64,000 nt of DNA from contig NC_085841.1 in NCBI RefSeq assembly GCF_035594765.1, positions 62,727,636 through 62,791,635 of the forward strand. Direction: 5' to 3'. Shown here one piece after another: positions 1 through 12,262 of this stretch. The stretch's first letter is position 1; every line of letters starts with the position of its first letter. The translations under genes and the position numbers were made by a program. The notes under the pieces were generated by a model that made no database searches, was not told where the DNA came from, and saw only the letters and a program-made list of their open reading frames with translations. Source of the stretch: Anolis carolinensis (lineage: Eukaryota).

Positions 1-743
1 CAAGAATTGTGCTCTCCACCAATCCTGCCTCTAACCTACAGGCAAGATCTGACATTTAGTATTAAACTGAACTTTTGAGCCACTCTCAACAACTCTTATG
101 ATTTAATACAACACTCTAAGGCACTAAAGAAAGCTGTGACCCCCACACTACCTCTTTCACCAGTTTACATTATTCATTGTAATTTACATATAATTTACAT
201 TAAATGGAATACATGAAGAAACTTTCCAAATGAATATTCATTGCTGTTCCTGAACTAGAAAAAGTAAGTAATCCAGAGCTGAGTTCCTAAGCATGTCACA
301 TCACAAGAGGACATTAAACTTTATTCAAGTGCATGTTTAGGTTCCCCAAAGGGCAAGAACATGGATAGGACTAATGTCCAATAAAAGCCAACAATACCAA
401 CAATGCCCACCATGCAATTAGAATAACAAAGGGTTACTGTATGGGGGGAAAAGCTGTCTACTTCCCAGGTACAACTATAAGAAATCCAGTCCTGTGAAAA
501 TGTAGCATTTCTGCAACGGAAATAAATTGCAGCTGGATGAATCACACCATAAACAACAAATAAATAAGAAACACCCACCGCTGTTTTTTTAAAATTGTAT
601 CATTAAAAAAGATATTTGCACCAGATTGTTATTTTTAAAAAACCTATGAAAAAAACATGGGGTTGTTGTAAGTTAACAACGTACTTGAAGGCACATAGTT
701 GTCACTGTTCTGTGCCTTAATTTCCAACATGGTGACTCTAAGG

Positions 744-1186
744 CAGTGGTTCCCAACCTGTAGTCCGTGGACCATGTTTTAGCAAGAACTATAACATGGT
801 CCGCATTCTCACCTTTACTACTATGGATAATAACACAGCCCAAGCAAAAAAAAAAATTCTTGGTGTCGTTGTTTTTAGACCTGTTCCTGGGGTTATTTGG
901 GGTGCTGATTCAGAAAATTGCATTGGATAGACCACATCAGCTCTAGATGAATACATATGCTTTTTTTATGTGGGCGAGCAGATGGAGACTACTGGATGGC
1001 ATATGTTCCATATCAGAAACTAGAGCTGTTGTGGTCTATCCAATGCAATTTTCTGAATCAGCACCCCAAATAACCAAACCGAGTCTAAAGTTGACCAAAA
1101 ACTAGTTCATAATCCTTTTGTACTAATATTGGAGAGTGGTCCTTGGTCAAAGTGGTCGCTGGTCAAAAAGAGCTTGGGAACCACTG
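744..1186. mobile_element. Non-autonomous hAT DNA transposon with an internal inverted repeat
   Basis: TIRs CAGTGGTTCCCAA...TTGGGAACCACTG; perfect 8-bp TSD CTCTAAGG (736-743 and 1187-1194). Confidence 0.9.
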
Positions 1187-1699
1187 CTCTAAGGCGACCT
1201 GACCATGGGGCTTTCAAAGGCTGAGAGGGTGTCTTGCCTGAGACCACCAGTAGGCTTTCACAGCCAAGCAGAAGTTTGAACCTTCGTCTCGAGTTGTGGT
1301 CCAGCCCTCAACACTACATCATACATACACACAGAGGTGCATCTACACTTAAGGATGCATGCAGTTTGGTGCCACTTTAACTGCCCTGACTCAATGGCAT
1401 GGAATCATGGGAGCTGTAGTTTGACATGGTCTTTAGCCTTCTCTGCTAGAGTGCTGGTGCCTCAGCAAACTCCATAGCACTGAACCAGGGCAGTTCAAGT
1501 ACAGTCAAACGGCATTAATTCTGGTGTAGAGGCACCCACGATGCTTAAAGATGCAGGGCCTTTCCTAGCTTTCAATCTGGGCAGCCCAATTGGGAGATAG
1601 TGTCTGAATGGCCAGAAGACGTTGTTATTCAAGGCTCAGCTCCTCCCCTCACCCCAAAACAACGCTCATTTCGGGCCCAAAGAGAGGGAGGGTCAGCAG

Positions 1700-2205
1700 C
1701 TGAAGGGGAAGCTGGGGGACACCTGAAAAGCCAATGCCCGAGGTCCCTCCTCCCCTCCCCTTCCCCGGTCCCTCTCTCCCGCTTCCTGCAGCCACCTTCT
1801 TTGCCGCTCATGGCGCCCGCCAGTTTCACAAACCGGAAGAAGGAGGAGATAGAAGCCCCGCCCTTTATGAGCGGCGCGCGCCCCAGAATCCCCGCGCGCC
1901 AACTCCGCTCCTTCAGCTCCAGCCCAGTAGCGAGCCACACCTGTGAGGACCTCCCCTCCTTTCTCTGCCCCCCCCCCCGGTCTTATAGGTGTCTAATCCA
2001 AATTCCTGAAAGTACTGTAGTTATTAATTTCGAAAAGCTGTACATTTCACGCTGCCTCCGACCTTCACGCTCGCCACGACTCAGCAGACAGTTGCTTTTC
2101 TTATCAGCTACTTTCTAGACATGTCGAGGGTAAATGCAATAATCCTTCGAAACAGGCATTTCTAAGCACGCCTCCAAAAAAGGGCATTGTGGGAAATGTA
2201 GTTTT
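1700..2205 (-). promoter_or_regulatory. TSNAX CpG-rich promoter with ETS, TATA-like and ZNF143/THAP11 motifs
   Basis: CCGGAAG at ~1833; CATAAA on minus at ~1864-1869; AACTACATTTCCCACAATGC on minus at 2184-2203; local CpG enrichment. Confidence 0.6.
1796..1811 (-). CDS. TSNAX: Translin-associated factor X (TRAX), coding part of exon 1 (MSGKE-G); remaining exons lie left of the window
   Basis: Minus strand reads gccATG AGC GGC AAA GAA G|gtggct: good Kozak context, 16-nt coding exon, GT donor, inside a small CpG-rich patch. It matches the recalled TRAX N-terminus (human MSNKEG). Head-to-head orientation with EGLN1 fits known synteny. No exon 2 was found in 1-1795. Confidence 0.8.
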
Positions 2206-2224
2206 TAAAGAAAGTAAGGCCTGG

Positions 2225-2918
2225 GTTTCTGTGATTTTTCCGAGCTGTAAGGCCATGTTCCAGAAGCATTCTCTCCTTGACGTTTTCCCCACATCTGTAA
2301 CAGCCATCCTCAGAGGTTGTGAGGTGTGTTGGAAACTAGGCAAGTGGGGTTTATATATCTGTGGAATGTCCAGGGTGGGGAAAAGAGCTTGTCTGTTTAA
2401 GGCAAGTGTGAATGTTGCAACTGGCCAGCTTGATTTAGCATTGAATAGCCTGGCAGCTTCAAAACCTGGCTGTTGCCTGTCTGGAGGAATCCTTTGTTGG
2501 GAGGTGTTAATTGGCCCTAATTTTTTCTTGTCTGGAATTCCCCAGTCTTCCGAGTGTTGTTCTTTATTTACTGTCCTGTTTTAGAGGGGTTTTTTAAATA
2601 TTGTTAGCCAACCAAGGATTCCCTCAGGCAGGAAGCAGCCAGGCTTTGAAGCTACCAGGCTATTCAATGCTAATCAGACTGGCCAATTGAAACATTCACA
2701 CTTGCCACAGGCAGACAAGAGTTCTTTCTCCCACCCTGAACGTTCCACAGATAGATGAACCCCACTTACCTAGTTTCCAACAGACCTCGCAACCTCTGAG
2801 GATGCCTGCCATAGATGGGGGCTAAACGTCAGGAGAGAATGCTTCTGGAACATGGTCATACAGCCCAGAAGACTCACAGCACCCCAGTGATTCTGGCCAT
2901 GAAAGCCTTCAACAACAC
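2225..2918. mobile_element. Penelope-like retroelement termini in inverted arrangement
   Basis: ~2225-2600 (minus) and ~2610-2918 (plus) are inverted copies of the same terminal sequence (...gaggatgcctgccatagatg...gaaagccttc..caacaca). The family recurs at ~14035-14200, 18770-18875 and 43055-43181. Confidence 0.8.
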
Positions 2919-3599
2919 AAAGTAATGTCTGATCTGCACAAAACCAGGAGGCGGTGTTTTTTTTTTTAAACACACTGGGGTTATTTATGTTGGAAGAGGT
3001 ACTATAACATGCATTTAACTAAAAGTCTGTGTAAATGCCATTTATAAACATAATAGAAAAAGACTTAACAGAATGCATCCGGTAAGTGCCATCCTTTATT
3101 TTAATTCACCTATCCCTTATTCTGAGCTGTGAAGAGAAGGAAACATCTGAATATATTTTTGAAAAACACATTTTTCATTCATCCTATAAAATGCAATTGG
3201 TTTTACTTTGTTACAGTCTCTTTTCCTAGTCCATCATTATTATTATTTCTTTAAAAAGTGACCAAAAGCAACTAACAATAAAAGCAATACAATATATAAT
3301 TTAAAACCTAAAAAAAACCCATTAAAATAGAATTAAACATATAAATATTTAAAATCCAGCTAAAATCGTTCACTTTTTACAAATTTCAGGATTCCATAAC
3401 AATGAACCATGGCAGTTAAAGTGGTGCCAAACTGCAATAATTCTGCAGTGTAGACACACCCTTGATGAAATATATATATATTTCAAGTCACTGATTCTTT
3501 AAAATAGTCCCAAGATAGAAACAGCACATAGCAAACAAGGATAGATTCCTATACATACAACAAATAGGTTTCATTAAACTATTTTATTCAAAACTAACA

Positions 3600-4130
3600 A
3601 TCTATAATCTGTATTGGTGGGGACGAAGGAGAGGGCCTTCTCAGTGGTGGCCCCGACTTTGGAACTCCCTCCCAAGGGAAATTAGGCAAGCCCCTACATT
3701 CTTTTCCTTTCGCAGGATTTGAAAACCTAGATGTTTCAGCTTGTATTTAAGAACACCTAGTACCTAGTTATAAATGCCCAGTTCCTAGGTTCCACAATAA
3801 TATGCTGTTCACCTCACTTTATCCAATACCCGGCCCTATGATACGCTGCTTGTACTATCTCATGCCCAGCGCTTTTATAGCCTGGTCACACCCATTGTAC
3901 TACTGGCAATGGCTTTGTTGAGTATTGTTTTGAGTTTTAACACTGCTGTTTTACACTCTTATGCTTGAGTGAATTGTGCTTTTATCCAGATTGTTATATT
4001 TATGTTTTTATTTTAATTGTGTTTTTGCTTTGATAGATTGTTTTGTATTCGTGCCTGTGGGCATTTTGTCCCATATATAAGCCACCCTGAGTCCCTTCAG
4101 ACAGATAGTGGTGGGGTATAAGAATAAAGT
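3600..4130 (+). mobile_element. L2 LINE 3' fragment
   Basis: RAFSVVAPxLWNSLP-like ORF2 end (agggccttctcagtggtggccccgactttggaactccctccc), followed by the L2-type tail ataagccaccctgagtcccttc...ggggtataagaataaa. Confidence 0.65.
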
Positions 4131-4765
4131 TATTATCATTATTATTATTTTACTGATACAAAAACATAGTATGACACAGAAAATGAGATATATATGTTGG
4201 ATTTCGTATCACAAAACACAAGTCGAACACTGCCAAAGCATTAGCATGTATTTTCGAATGATGTGCACAGATCCAAGTAAGGTGGCCTTTTGCAGTTGAC
4301 AGACTGTAATTTTGTCAATGTTTATTGTTTTCAAATACTGGCTGAGATCTTTTGGCACAGCACCCAGTGTGCCCATTACCACTGGGACCACCTATACTGA
4401 TTTATGCCAGACCCTTTGCAGTTCGATTTTGAGGTCCTGATAATGGCTGAGTTTTTCCTGTTGTTTTTCATCTGTTCGACTGTCAGCTGGTATGGAACAT
4501 AAATAATCCAAAAAAATTTCTTTTCCACAATTGTGAGGTCTGGTGTATTGTGTTCCGAAAGGCTGTCAGTCTGAATTCGAAAGTCCCACACTATTTTTGC
4601 GTGTTCATTTTCCACTACCTTTGCAGGTTTGTGATCCTACCAGTTCTTTACTACTGGCAGGTGGTACTTGTGACATAAGTTCCAATGAATCATTTGGGCC
4701 ATGTAGTTGTGCCTGTTTGTAGTCCATCTGTGCAATTTTCTTGCACCTGTAAGGATGCTGAGAGC
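4130..4765 (-). mobile_element. R4/Dong-clade non-LTR retrotransposon 3' fragment (restriction-like endonuclease domain)
   Basis: Frameshifted ORFs 4376-4615 (WDFRIQTD..HNTPDLTIVEK) and 4209-4391 (VPVVMGTLGAVPK..QLQKATLLGS) carry REL-domain motifs. The element ends in a (TAA)n tract. Confidence 0.8.
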
Positions 4766-5053
4766 TGTGCTGGTGGTAGTGTAACTACCAGCAGGTTCAA
4801 CCAAGTCAGAGAGGTCTCAGCTGAGGGGTGGAACTAAGAGCACCTAACCCATTAACACTATGGAGAAATAAACCAAAATGAAGTCTATACTGGCTTGGTT
4901 GTCACTCAGCATAAAAAGGACCGTGGTGGATGCTGCCAATTCTGAGCATCCATTGACAAGTGGGCTACAAAATCAAAATACAAATGAACAGTCACAGAAG
5001 CGGCAGAAATATACAATGCCAGAAAACAGCACAGCTATGAAATGCTATTACAA

Positions 5054-5061
<8 letters not shown>

Positions 5062-5104
<43 letters not shown>

Positions 5105-5130
5105 GCAGAGTGTGTGTGTGTGTGTGTGTA
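5062..5130. repeat. (TTA)n and (GT)n microsatellites
   Basis: Seen directly. Confidence 0.95.
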
Positions 5131-7364
5131 TGTGTCCGTTGATTTGTACCACAAAGACTACTAAATCACATTATGGACCTGGACCAAACCTGACACACAT
5201 ACCCTTCATTGCCCAACTAAAACACACTGTTTGGGGCCCACAATAAAAGGAAAGAGAAAGGGATATAGCTGATTGGCTGTGGCTTGGTGAAGTGGCCCTC
5301 TGTCATGTGACGAGGAAATAAAGGGAACCAAACAGATTGGTTGCTGCTAAGTCACATGTGTATGAGGGGATGGAAATAAATGAAAATGCAAAGGTATGAG
5401 GATGGAGGAAAGGAAGAGGAAAAGAAGATGGAAGAAAGAAAAAGGAGGAAAGAAGAAAAGAGAGAGTGAGAAGGTGTATGAGGGAAATAAAGGAAAGAAA
5501 GACCCACAAAGAGACCCGGCCCACCATGTTGCCAGGAGACATTGCAAGATAGGCTTTCTCAGAACCAGAGAAGGGAGGACACCGTCCTCTGACACCTGGG
5601 CAACTCTGGGTATATATTTTGTCATAGGCAGGTACATGCAATTATAACAGGACTTTGCGGTACAGCGCAAGCTGTACTGCAAGCTCACTGTTGCAACCTG
5701 GCAAAGAACATCTGTATTTCCACAGTCTTCCACCATCTTCCTGAGCTGATGTTGCTGAAGGTATTTCCTCCTAGATGGAGGAAAGGGAGGCTGAATAGAC
5801 CCAAAAAGACAGTTAAAAATGAGCTTCTTCATCAAACATTTTGTCAAATCAAGTGTATGCTCCTCTATCAAGATCAGCTCATTTCTAACATATCTGTATG
5901 TCTTTTCAGTGATAGACAATTGCCTTTTTATTGTTCACTGTGTTTTATAATTGTTACTCATAGCAATTTTATACTACCAATGGTTGAGCTACATGTACTT
6001 CTAAAATACCTTGTTTTATGCTGTTATTATATGGGGTATTGTTTTACTATTTTCAGCTTTCCTGGAAGTACTAAATGTTGAAAAACAGAACATAAAGCTA
6101 CAAGGTAAATAATTAAAACAATAGAGCAGCCACGGCTGAGTTATGTGAACTTTGGGTGTGCAAGCTATATCGTTCCACCTGGTTAACATCTCTCCTCAGT
6201 TTACTTTAGTTGTTTATTAACATATTTATATCATCCCCTCTATCATGGGATTTCAATGTGATGTACAAATACAATCAACCTAAAGAGTCTAGAGCCATTT
6301 ACATTTTTAAAAATATAATTTTAAAAACACATTAAATAATTTACTAAGTTAAAACAGCTGAAAAGCCTGGAGCCATTTAATAATATAATAATAATTTTAT
6401 TTTTGTATGCCACCTCCATCTCCCCAACGGGGACTCAGAGCAGCTCACATAGGGGCAAGCCCAATACAATCGTACAATATCACAAAATCAATAGTTACGA
6501 CATCAAAGAATGCATTTAAAAACAAATTAACATGTCATGATTTAAAATAGACATAATTTAAATAATTTAAAACCACACATATGTACATTTTGGGGAAAAA
6601 CAGATCCTGAAGGATATGTTTTAACTTGTGATGGAATGAAACCAAAATCATGAAAATAATGAGGGTAGGTTCCTACACCACAAAAAAGAACTTTAGTTCA
6701 GTGTGTTTCAGCAAACTTGTTATCTAAACAAATAACATGCACACATGAAATGAAACTATCAGGTTGAGTAAACTTTGCAGAATTAAGCAAAAACAGTTTA
6801 ACCTTCTGAGACTGCTTGAAGGCTTTTTTCTAAAGTGTATTTGGGAATGATTGTTTTCTTTTATCAGCTTCCATTTCTTGTTTACTTGCTTTTCACACAT
6901 GATCAGTACAAAATCCTAGAGGCAGCTATTGTTTGTATTGCCTATTGTAGGCAGGCACACACAACTACAGTAGGATCAGAGTGGAATCCCATTCTTTCCC
7001 AGCTCAAAATGTATTACATGGTTTACTACAGGCACAACAAGGTCTGTGTTTCTCTACCTCACCTTCACCAGCCTCCCAGTGCTGATGCTGCTCAAACAAC
7101 ATCCAGCTAATCATGAGGATGAAAAGGAGTGAAGCGAGCATTAAAGGTATTCGTAAAAAGGAGCTTAATTGCCAAGAGACCTTGTTAATTTATGTATATT
7201 TGAAAGAACATTTGAAAGAGGTCTGCTTTCAAACATTAAGATCCCAGGCCATTTAGGGCTTCAAATGTCACCATGAGCACCTTTAATTCAGAAGATGGTT
7301 TGACAGCCAGTGCATTTTTTTCATACCCATATGGTTTATATAAGACATTCCTAACAACATATAG

Positions 7365-7585
7365 CATACAATCATAGAGTTGGCCCATCCAGTCCAACCC
7401 CCTGCCAAAGAGCAGGAAAATCGCATTCAAAGCACCCCCGACAGATGGCCATCCAGCCTCTGTTTAAAAGCTTCCAAAGAAGGAGCCTCCACCACACTCC
7501 GGGGCAGAGAGTTTCGCTGCTAAACAGCTCTCACAGTTAGGAAGTTCTTCCTAATGTTCAGGTGAAATCTCCTTTCCAGTAGTTT
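7365..7585 (-). mobile_element. CR1 LINE 3' fragment
   Basis: Typical squamate CR1 3' end (atccagtccaaccccctgcc...ggagcctccaccacactcc...aggaagttcttcctaatgttcagg); related copies at 55626-56360. Confidence 0.8.
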
Positions 7586-8807
7586 GTATGTACAACTGTA
7601 TAGTACATTAGTTGCATCTTCTGCTTCATCTTTGTAGAGTGCACTGTAGTAGTCCTATTGAAATTCTATGCCCAGATTATCCTCTCACAGTAAAATTGTA
7701 GTTAAAAGGCCAGATAAAGCTGATCCCAGACACTCAGAGCCACCCTGTCTACATAAGGTGAAAAAAAATACTCTTTGTGAAGCTGCTACTTCACAATGAA
7801 TACAGTCCCACCCAAGACCACTCGTTTGTCAAATTTCTAAACCCATAAACCACTACAAACATTCTGACTTATTAGGATGCAATATCAATGTATTCACCCT
7901 CATCCAGCACTAGCTGCCCATTTAGATGGAGAACTGAATGCCATTGGCATTATAAAGTTGCCAGAAAAAAACTGGAGAAGTCTTCTGTACCTTTAAATGA
8001 TTATGTTGAAAAGGCAGTCCCAGAAGTTGTTACTTGTTCAATGGCTGAATGACAAAATACACCAGTTGAAATAAGCCGCCTTGAGTCCCCTCTGGGGTTG
8101 AGAAGGGCTGGGTAGAAGTGCCGTAAAAAAAAAATCCATCTTCTGTACATCCATTAAAGATTCAATACTTCAACCAGTGGCTTCATAAAGGTATTGCAAA
8201 CATGATAAATAGAATGGAACTCAGTGGCAGTCCATATTATAAAAGCCATGGGGTCAAAAGGATTCCCTAACATCACTCTCTGGAACCAGCCCTGCATATA
8301 GGCATGAGACTACTGTAACATGGTGCCTCCTTTTCCCATCTTGCAAAATTTGACCAGTTGAATATTATGTTCAGTGGTTCTGAGAGCTACAGAAGGATCA
8401 ACAAGGCAGCTCTCAGTGGCTTTTATGTTTAGTAGATCATTAGCCATGGCAATGAAGACCATTTCAAGGTCACACCCTGGCAGTGTATCTTGAAACAGAG
8501 AGGCTGGGGAGGTCATTGATCTCGGAGTTAAGTCTTGTGAACTGCAGAGAGAAGTGTTGCTATTACCAAACCTGTCAGTGTCTTTTAAAATAAGGACCGT
8601 GTAAGGGAATAGTTGCAGGTGAAGGGGCAAAATGAAGGTGTTTCCCTCACTAAATAAGAAGTCTGCATCCTCAATGAAATTTTTCTTCAGTCTCCAAATT
8701 TCTAGCATTTTAGTCACTCAGACCTTCTGAGTATTTGGAAACACAGTTTAAGTAGTAAAAGAAAGGAGACAGGCAAAGTGAGTAAGGAAATATGAGCACA
8801 GCAAATA

Positions 8808-9365
8808 CCCTGTTTCCCTGAAAATAAGACATCCCCAGAAAATAAGACCTAGTAGAGGTTTTGCTGAATTGCTAAATATAAGGCCTCCCCTGAAAGTAAG
8901 ACCTAGTAAAGTTTTTGTTTGGAAGCATGCAGGATCAGTAAATGTACATACCATCGATTGTTGTACTTGGAAATAAAGGTAGTAACAAGAAATAATAATA
9001 ATATATTAACTTTATTCTTGTATCCCACCTCCATCTCCCAGAAGGGACTCAGGGCAGCTTACACAGGGACAAGCCCAACAACAACATAAATTTACATACA
9101 ATCAGAAATTTAAAACAGTAATTTTAAAACAGTATAGCAATAAAATATAATATAGAAATTCTTGAAAGGATTGACAGTTTGGTTATGGTGGTTTGTGATG
9201 ACAACTACTGTACAGTAGATAATAAATTTTCATTTTTTAAAAATTCAACCATAAATGTGAATTCTTCTTTGTGGAAAAATATGACATCCCCTGAAAATAA
9301 GACCTAGCGCATCTCTGGGAGCAAAAATTAATATAAGACACTGTCTTATTTTCAGGGAAACAGGG
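8808..9365. mobile_element. Tc1/mariner-superfamily (pogo/Tc2-like) MITE with a nested L2 tail
   Basis: TIR CCCTGTTTCCCTGAAAATAAGACA at both ends with TA flanks; L2-type tail inserted at ~8995-9160. Confidence 0.8.
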
Positions 9366-11914
9366 TACAGTCTAAGTCCTGGTTCTGAATAATTCTTAAT
9401 GTCCCACTCTCTGCAATACTTGAAATGTTAGGATTGAAAGAACATTTCACTGAGGGGCAGAATTCACCCTCCCTTGTAGCTATACTGTGGACTATGAAGC
9501 CGGTTTGTGCCTTCCGTACAGCCTCCAACTTTCCTCAGCTGGTCCAGTGACTCATGGCTTTTCTCATTTGTTGAAAGTAGGATAGCTTCAGTTTAGTCAT
9601 TCTGGTTTCAAGTGAGAGTTTTAAAAGAGGATTGAATTTTGTTGTTGTGTGCCTTCAGATTGTTTTTTTATGGTAACCCTTTCACAGGAACTGAGTGTGT
9701 CACACAGTGGGTTTCCATGGCTGAGTGGGAATTAAAACACCCAAGCTACTCACCCATGCTGGCTATCTTGATTTTAATAGGACACATTTATTTCTGTTTG
9801 GGGCAGCCTGTGGTGTCTGTAAAATTCTTGTCTAGCATCATGTTTCAAATTAGGTTTTTTCCTATGAGCTTTTTTCTGTTTTCCAGCTTTCACACCCATC
9901 AAATTAAAAATACCATGGTACAATAGTCCTGACAGTGGTTTTCAATCATGTATCTTTATTATTTGAAATTTACACTTGAATGTCTTATTTGTTTGGCTGT
10001 TTATTAATTAAAATATTTCTATCTTGCTTTCTATCTAAAGATCACATCACAGTGTGGCCAAGATGGCAAAGGATATAAAGGGGAAAGAGTACATAGGCTA
10101 GGAGGGGCTGCACTTATTTGCTTTTGCCTGCGTCTACAAGGAAGAGCAAATGTCCACACTCTCCCCTGGTTTTATCTCCACTGTGTAGAGTGAAAACTAC
10201 TTCTGCATTTTTAACTCAGTTTGGAGCAACTGAAGTAAGCTGAAGACCAAAGGGAAAAGTGGGGGGGGGGGGGAGGAGAGAGAGAACTGGAATATCCTAA
10301 AAACAGTCTGAAAAGGGGGGGGGGAAATGAGAGGATGGAGTATTGATTGCAAGAGCCCCTGCCTAATCAGAACAGTTGGAATGTATTAAGCACTAGAAAC
10401 GGGTTTAAAGAAATCTGATTTTTAAAATGCCAGTTAAAATATGTTCAAATACGTAGCTCCAAACCATGCTCAAGTATGAATCTGTATAAAATCACTTGGG
10501 TATGGATCTGTATAAAAGTAGACTTTTTGTAAATCACTACGCTTCCATTGGTGCCAAAATGAGTACCACATAGGAATCAGTTGGGACTCTAAGGATATCT
10601 ACAGCTATCTTTCTGCGTGTGTAGCTTTCACTATTGTGGATTTGATTATTCACAGATTTGATTAATATGTTCTTTCTAGAGATTTCTAATTCCTCTAGCA
10701 TGACTCTATGGCCAACCTCCATCAGTGGTTGATTATCAAGTTGCACTGGAGGATCCAGAGCTAAACTCAGGGGAGGACAAAAAAACATAAAGGAGTGGCA
10801 GATAATCCCACTCTCCCTAAGCACATAATGACCTTCAGAATTGCTGAACTAGCAGATGAGTACATCCAAATTCCTTTCTTGCCCCCCTCACCGCCCCCAT
10901 GGAGTGGGATAATACATTTACTTTTTCTTTGCAGCAACTCCTTCAACTAGGGAAAAGGAAACATTCTCTCAGCAACAGTTGCTATAGAAGGAAAGGAAAG
11001 TCTGAGAGAAGCAGCTTAATCATTAAACAAATTTATGCCAAAATCCCCTTCACTTAGAGCAGAGGTTGGCATTCTAATGTTGTTTTCACCAGATGAGCCA
11101 TCAACATGTTCTTATGCTGAATCATGATGATGCAACTGTATTAAATAAACAACACAATGCACAGCAAGAAGGTCATGTTATAATTACTTTGTGGCTCTTT
11201 GGAAAAGAGTTTACTGCGGAAGAGAGTTCTTTTCAGCTTTTGAGAATTGCTATCATTCTGTAATGCAAAGTTTCCAAAATGAGGGTTATTTTTAGAGATC
11301 TGCTTGCATTAGTGCAATTCTGTTTGTATAATAGGCCCATGGTATTAGCTGGGCGTTGGTTCTAGCCCCCCACCCCATGGATACCTAAATTCAAGTCTCA
11401 TTCTGTACAGTAGCATAGTAGAATGGCGTTGTTATATAAAATGGAAAAATCAATGTTTACTTTGGAAGATTCAAAAAAATATTTTCAGGCTAAGGACATT
11501 TGAATCAATGGATACAAAAACCATGGATATAGAGGGCCAATTGTAACATAGTATAGAAAGGGATACAAAATACATGTAGGTATATCCAGTCAAACTAGTC
11601 CTTTCTCAGATAAATAGGGGAGAAGGAATTTGCATGTAACCTAACTAGTAGTAATTGGGGACAGATGCCTGTTCTTCACAGTTGTGATTTTGCCACCTCT
11701 CAAGCCACAATGGTTGTTGCTGATGTAATAATCCTTCACTGAACATTAACAGAGAATGCAAGATATCTGTTGCAGATGTCTGTTGTGCTCTCATAACAAA
11801 AAGACCAATTATATTCCATTATTATTGTCAAATATTTCTTCTTCCAATACATTTATAAGAACCTTATAAATGTTTTATAAGCATCCTGTTTTCGTCCCTG
11901 AAAATTAATAATGT

Positions 11915-12262
11915 GCCTTCATGTCACCTGTCAACTTATCACAACCCCATTAATTTGCTAGTTTTCTTAGGCAAGGAATACCCACAGGTGGTTTTCCCAG
12001 TCTCTTCCTCTGAAATATAGCCTACTACAGCATCTAATACTAATTGTCAGTCTCCCATCCAAGAACTAACTAGAGCTAACGCTGCTTAGCTTCCAAGATT
12101 AGATAGGATCTAGTCCAGGCATGGGAAAACTTCGGCCCTCCAGGTGTTTTGGACACCAACTCCCACAATTCAGTATTGTGGGAGTTGGTGTCCAAAACGC
12201 CTGGAGGGCTGAAGTTTGCCCATACATGATCTAGAGTCTTTAGGATATTTAGGACCTATAGC
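11915..12262 (-). mobile_element. 5S rRNA-derived SINE interrupted by a palindromic hAT MITE (12116-12228)
   Basis: Minus strand ...atcttggaagctaagcagcg..gttagttcttggatgggagac.. resembles the 5S internal control region. Related degraded copies lie at ~30270-30390, 31105-31280 and 44120-44260. The MITE has TSD-like flanks ATCTAGTC/ATCTAGAG. Confidence 0.7.

Noticed and set aside
1600-2118. 172-aa plus-strand ORF over the TSNAX promoter
   Set aside because: GTG start, Pro/Ser-rich, antisense to TSNAX exon 1, with no recognisable homology.
12040-12262. 5S rRNA-like sequence (also ~30270, 31105, 44200)
   Set aside because: Heavily diverged, fused to SINE bodies and in one case interrupted by a MITE; not functional rRNA genes.
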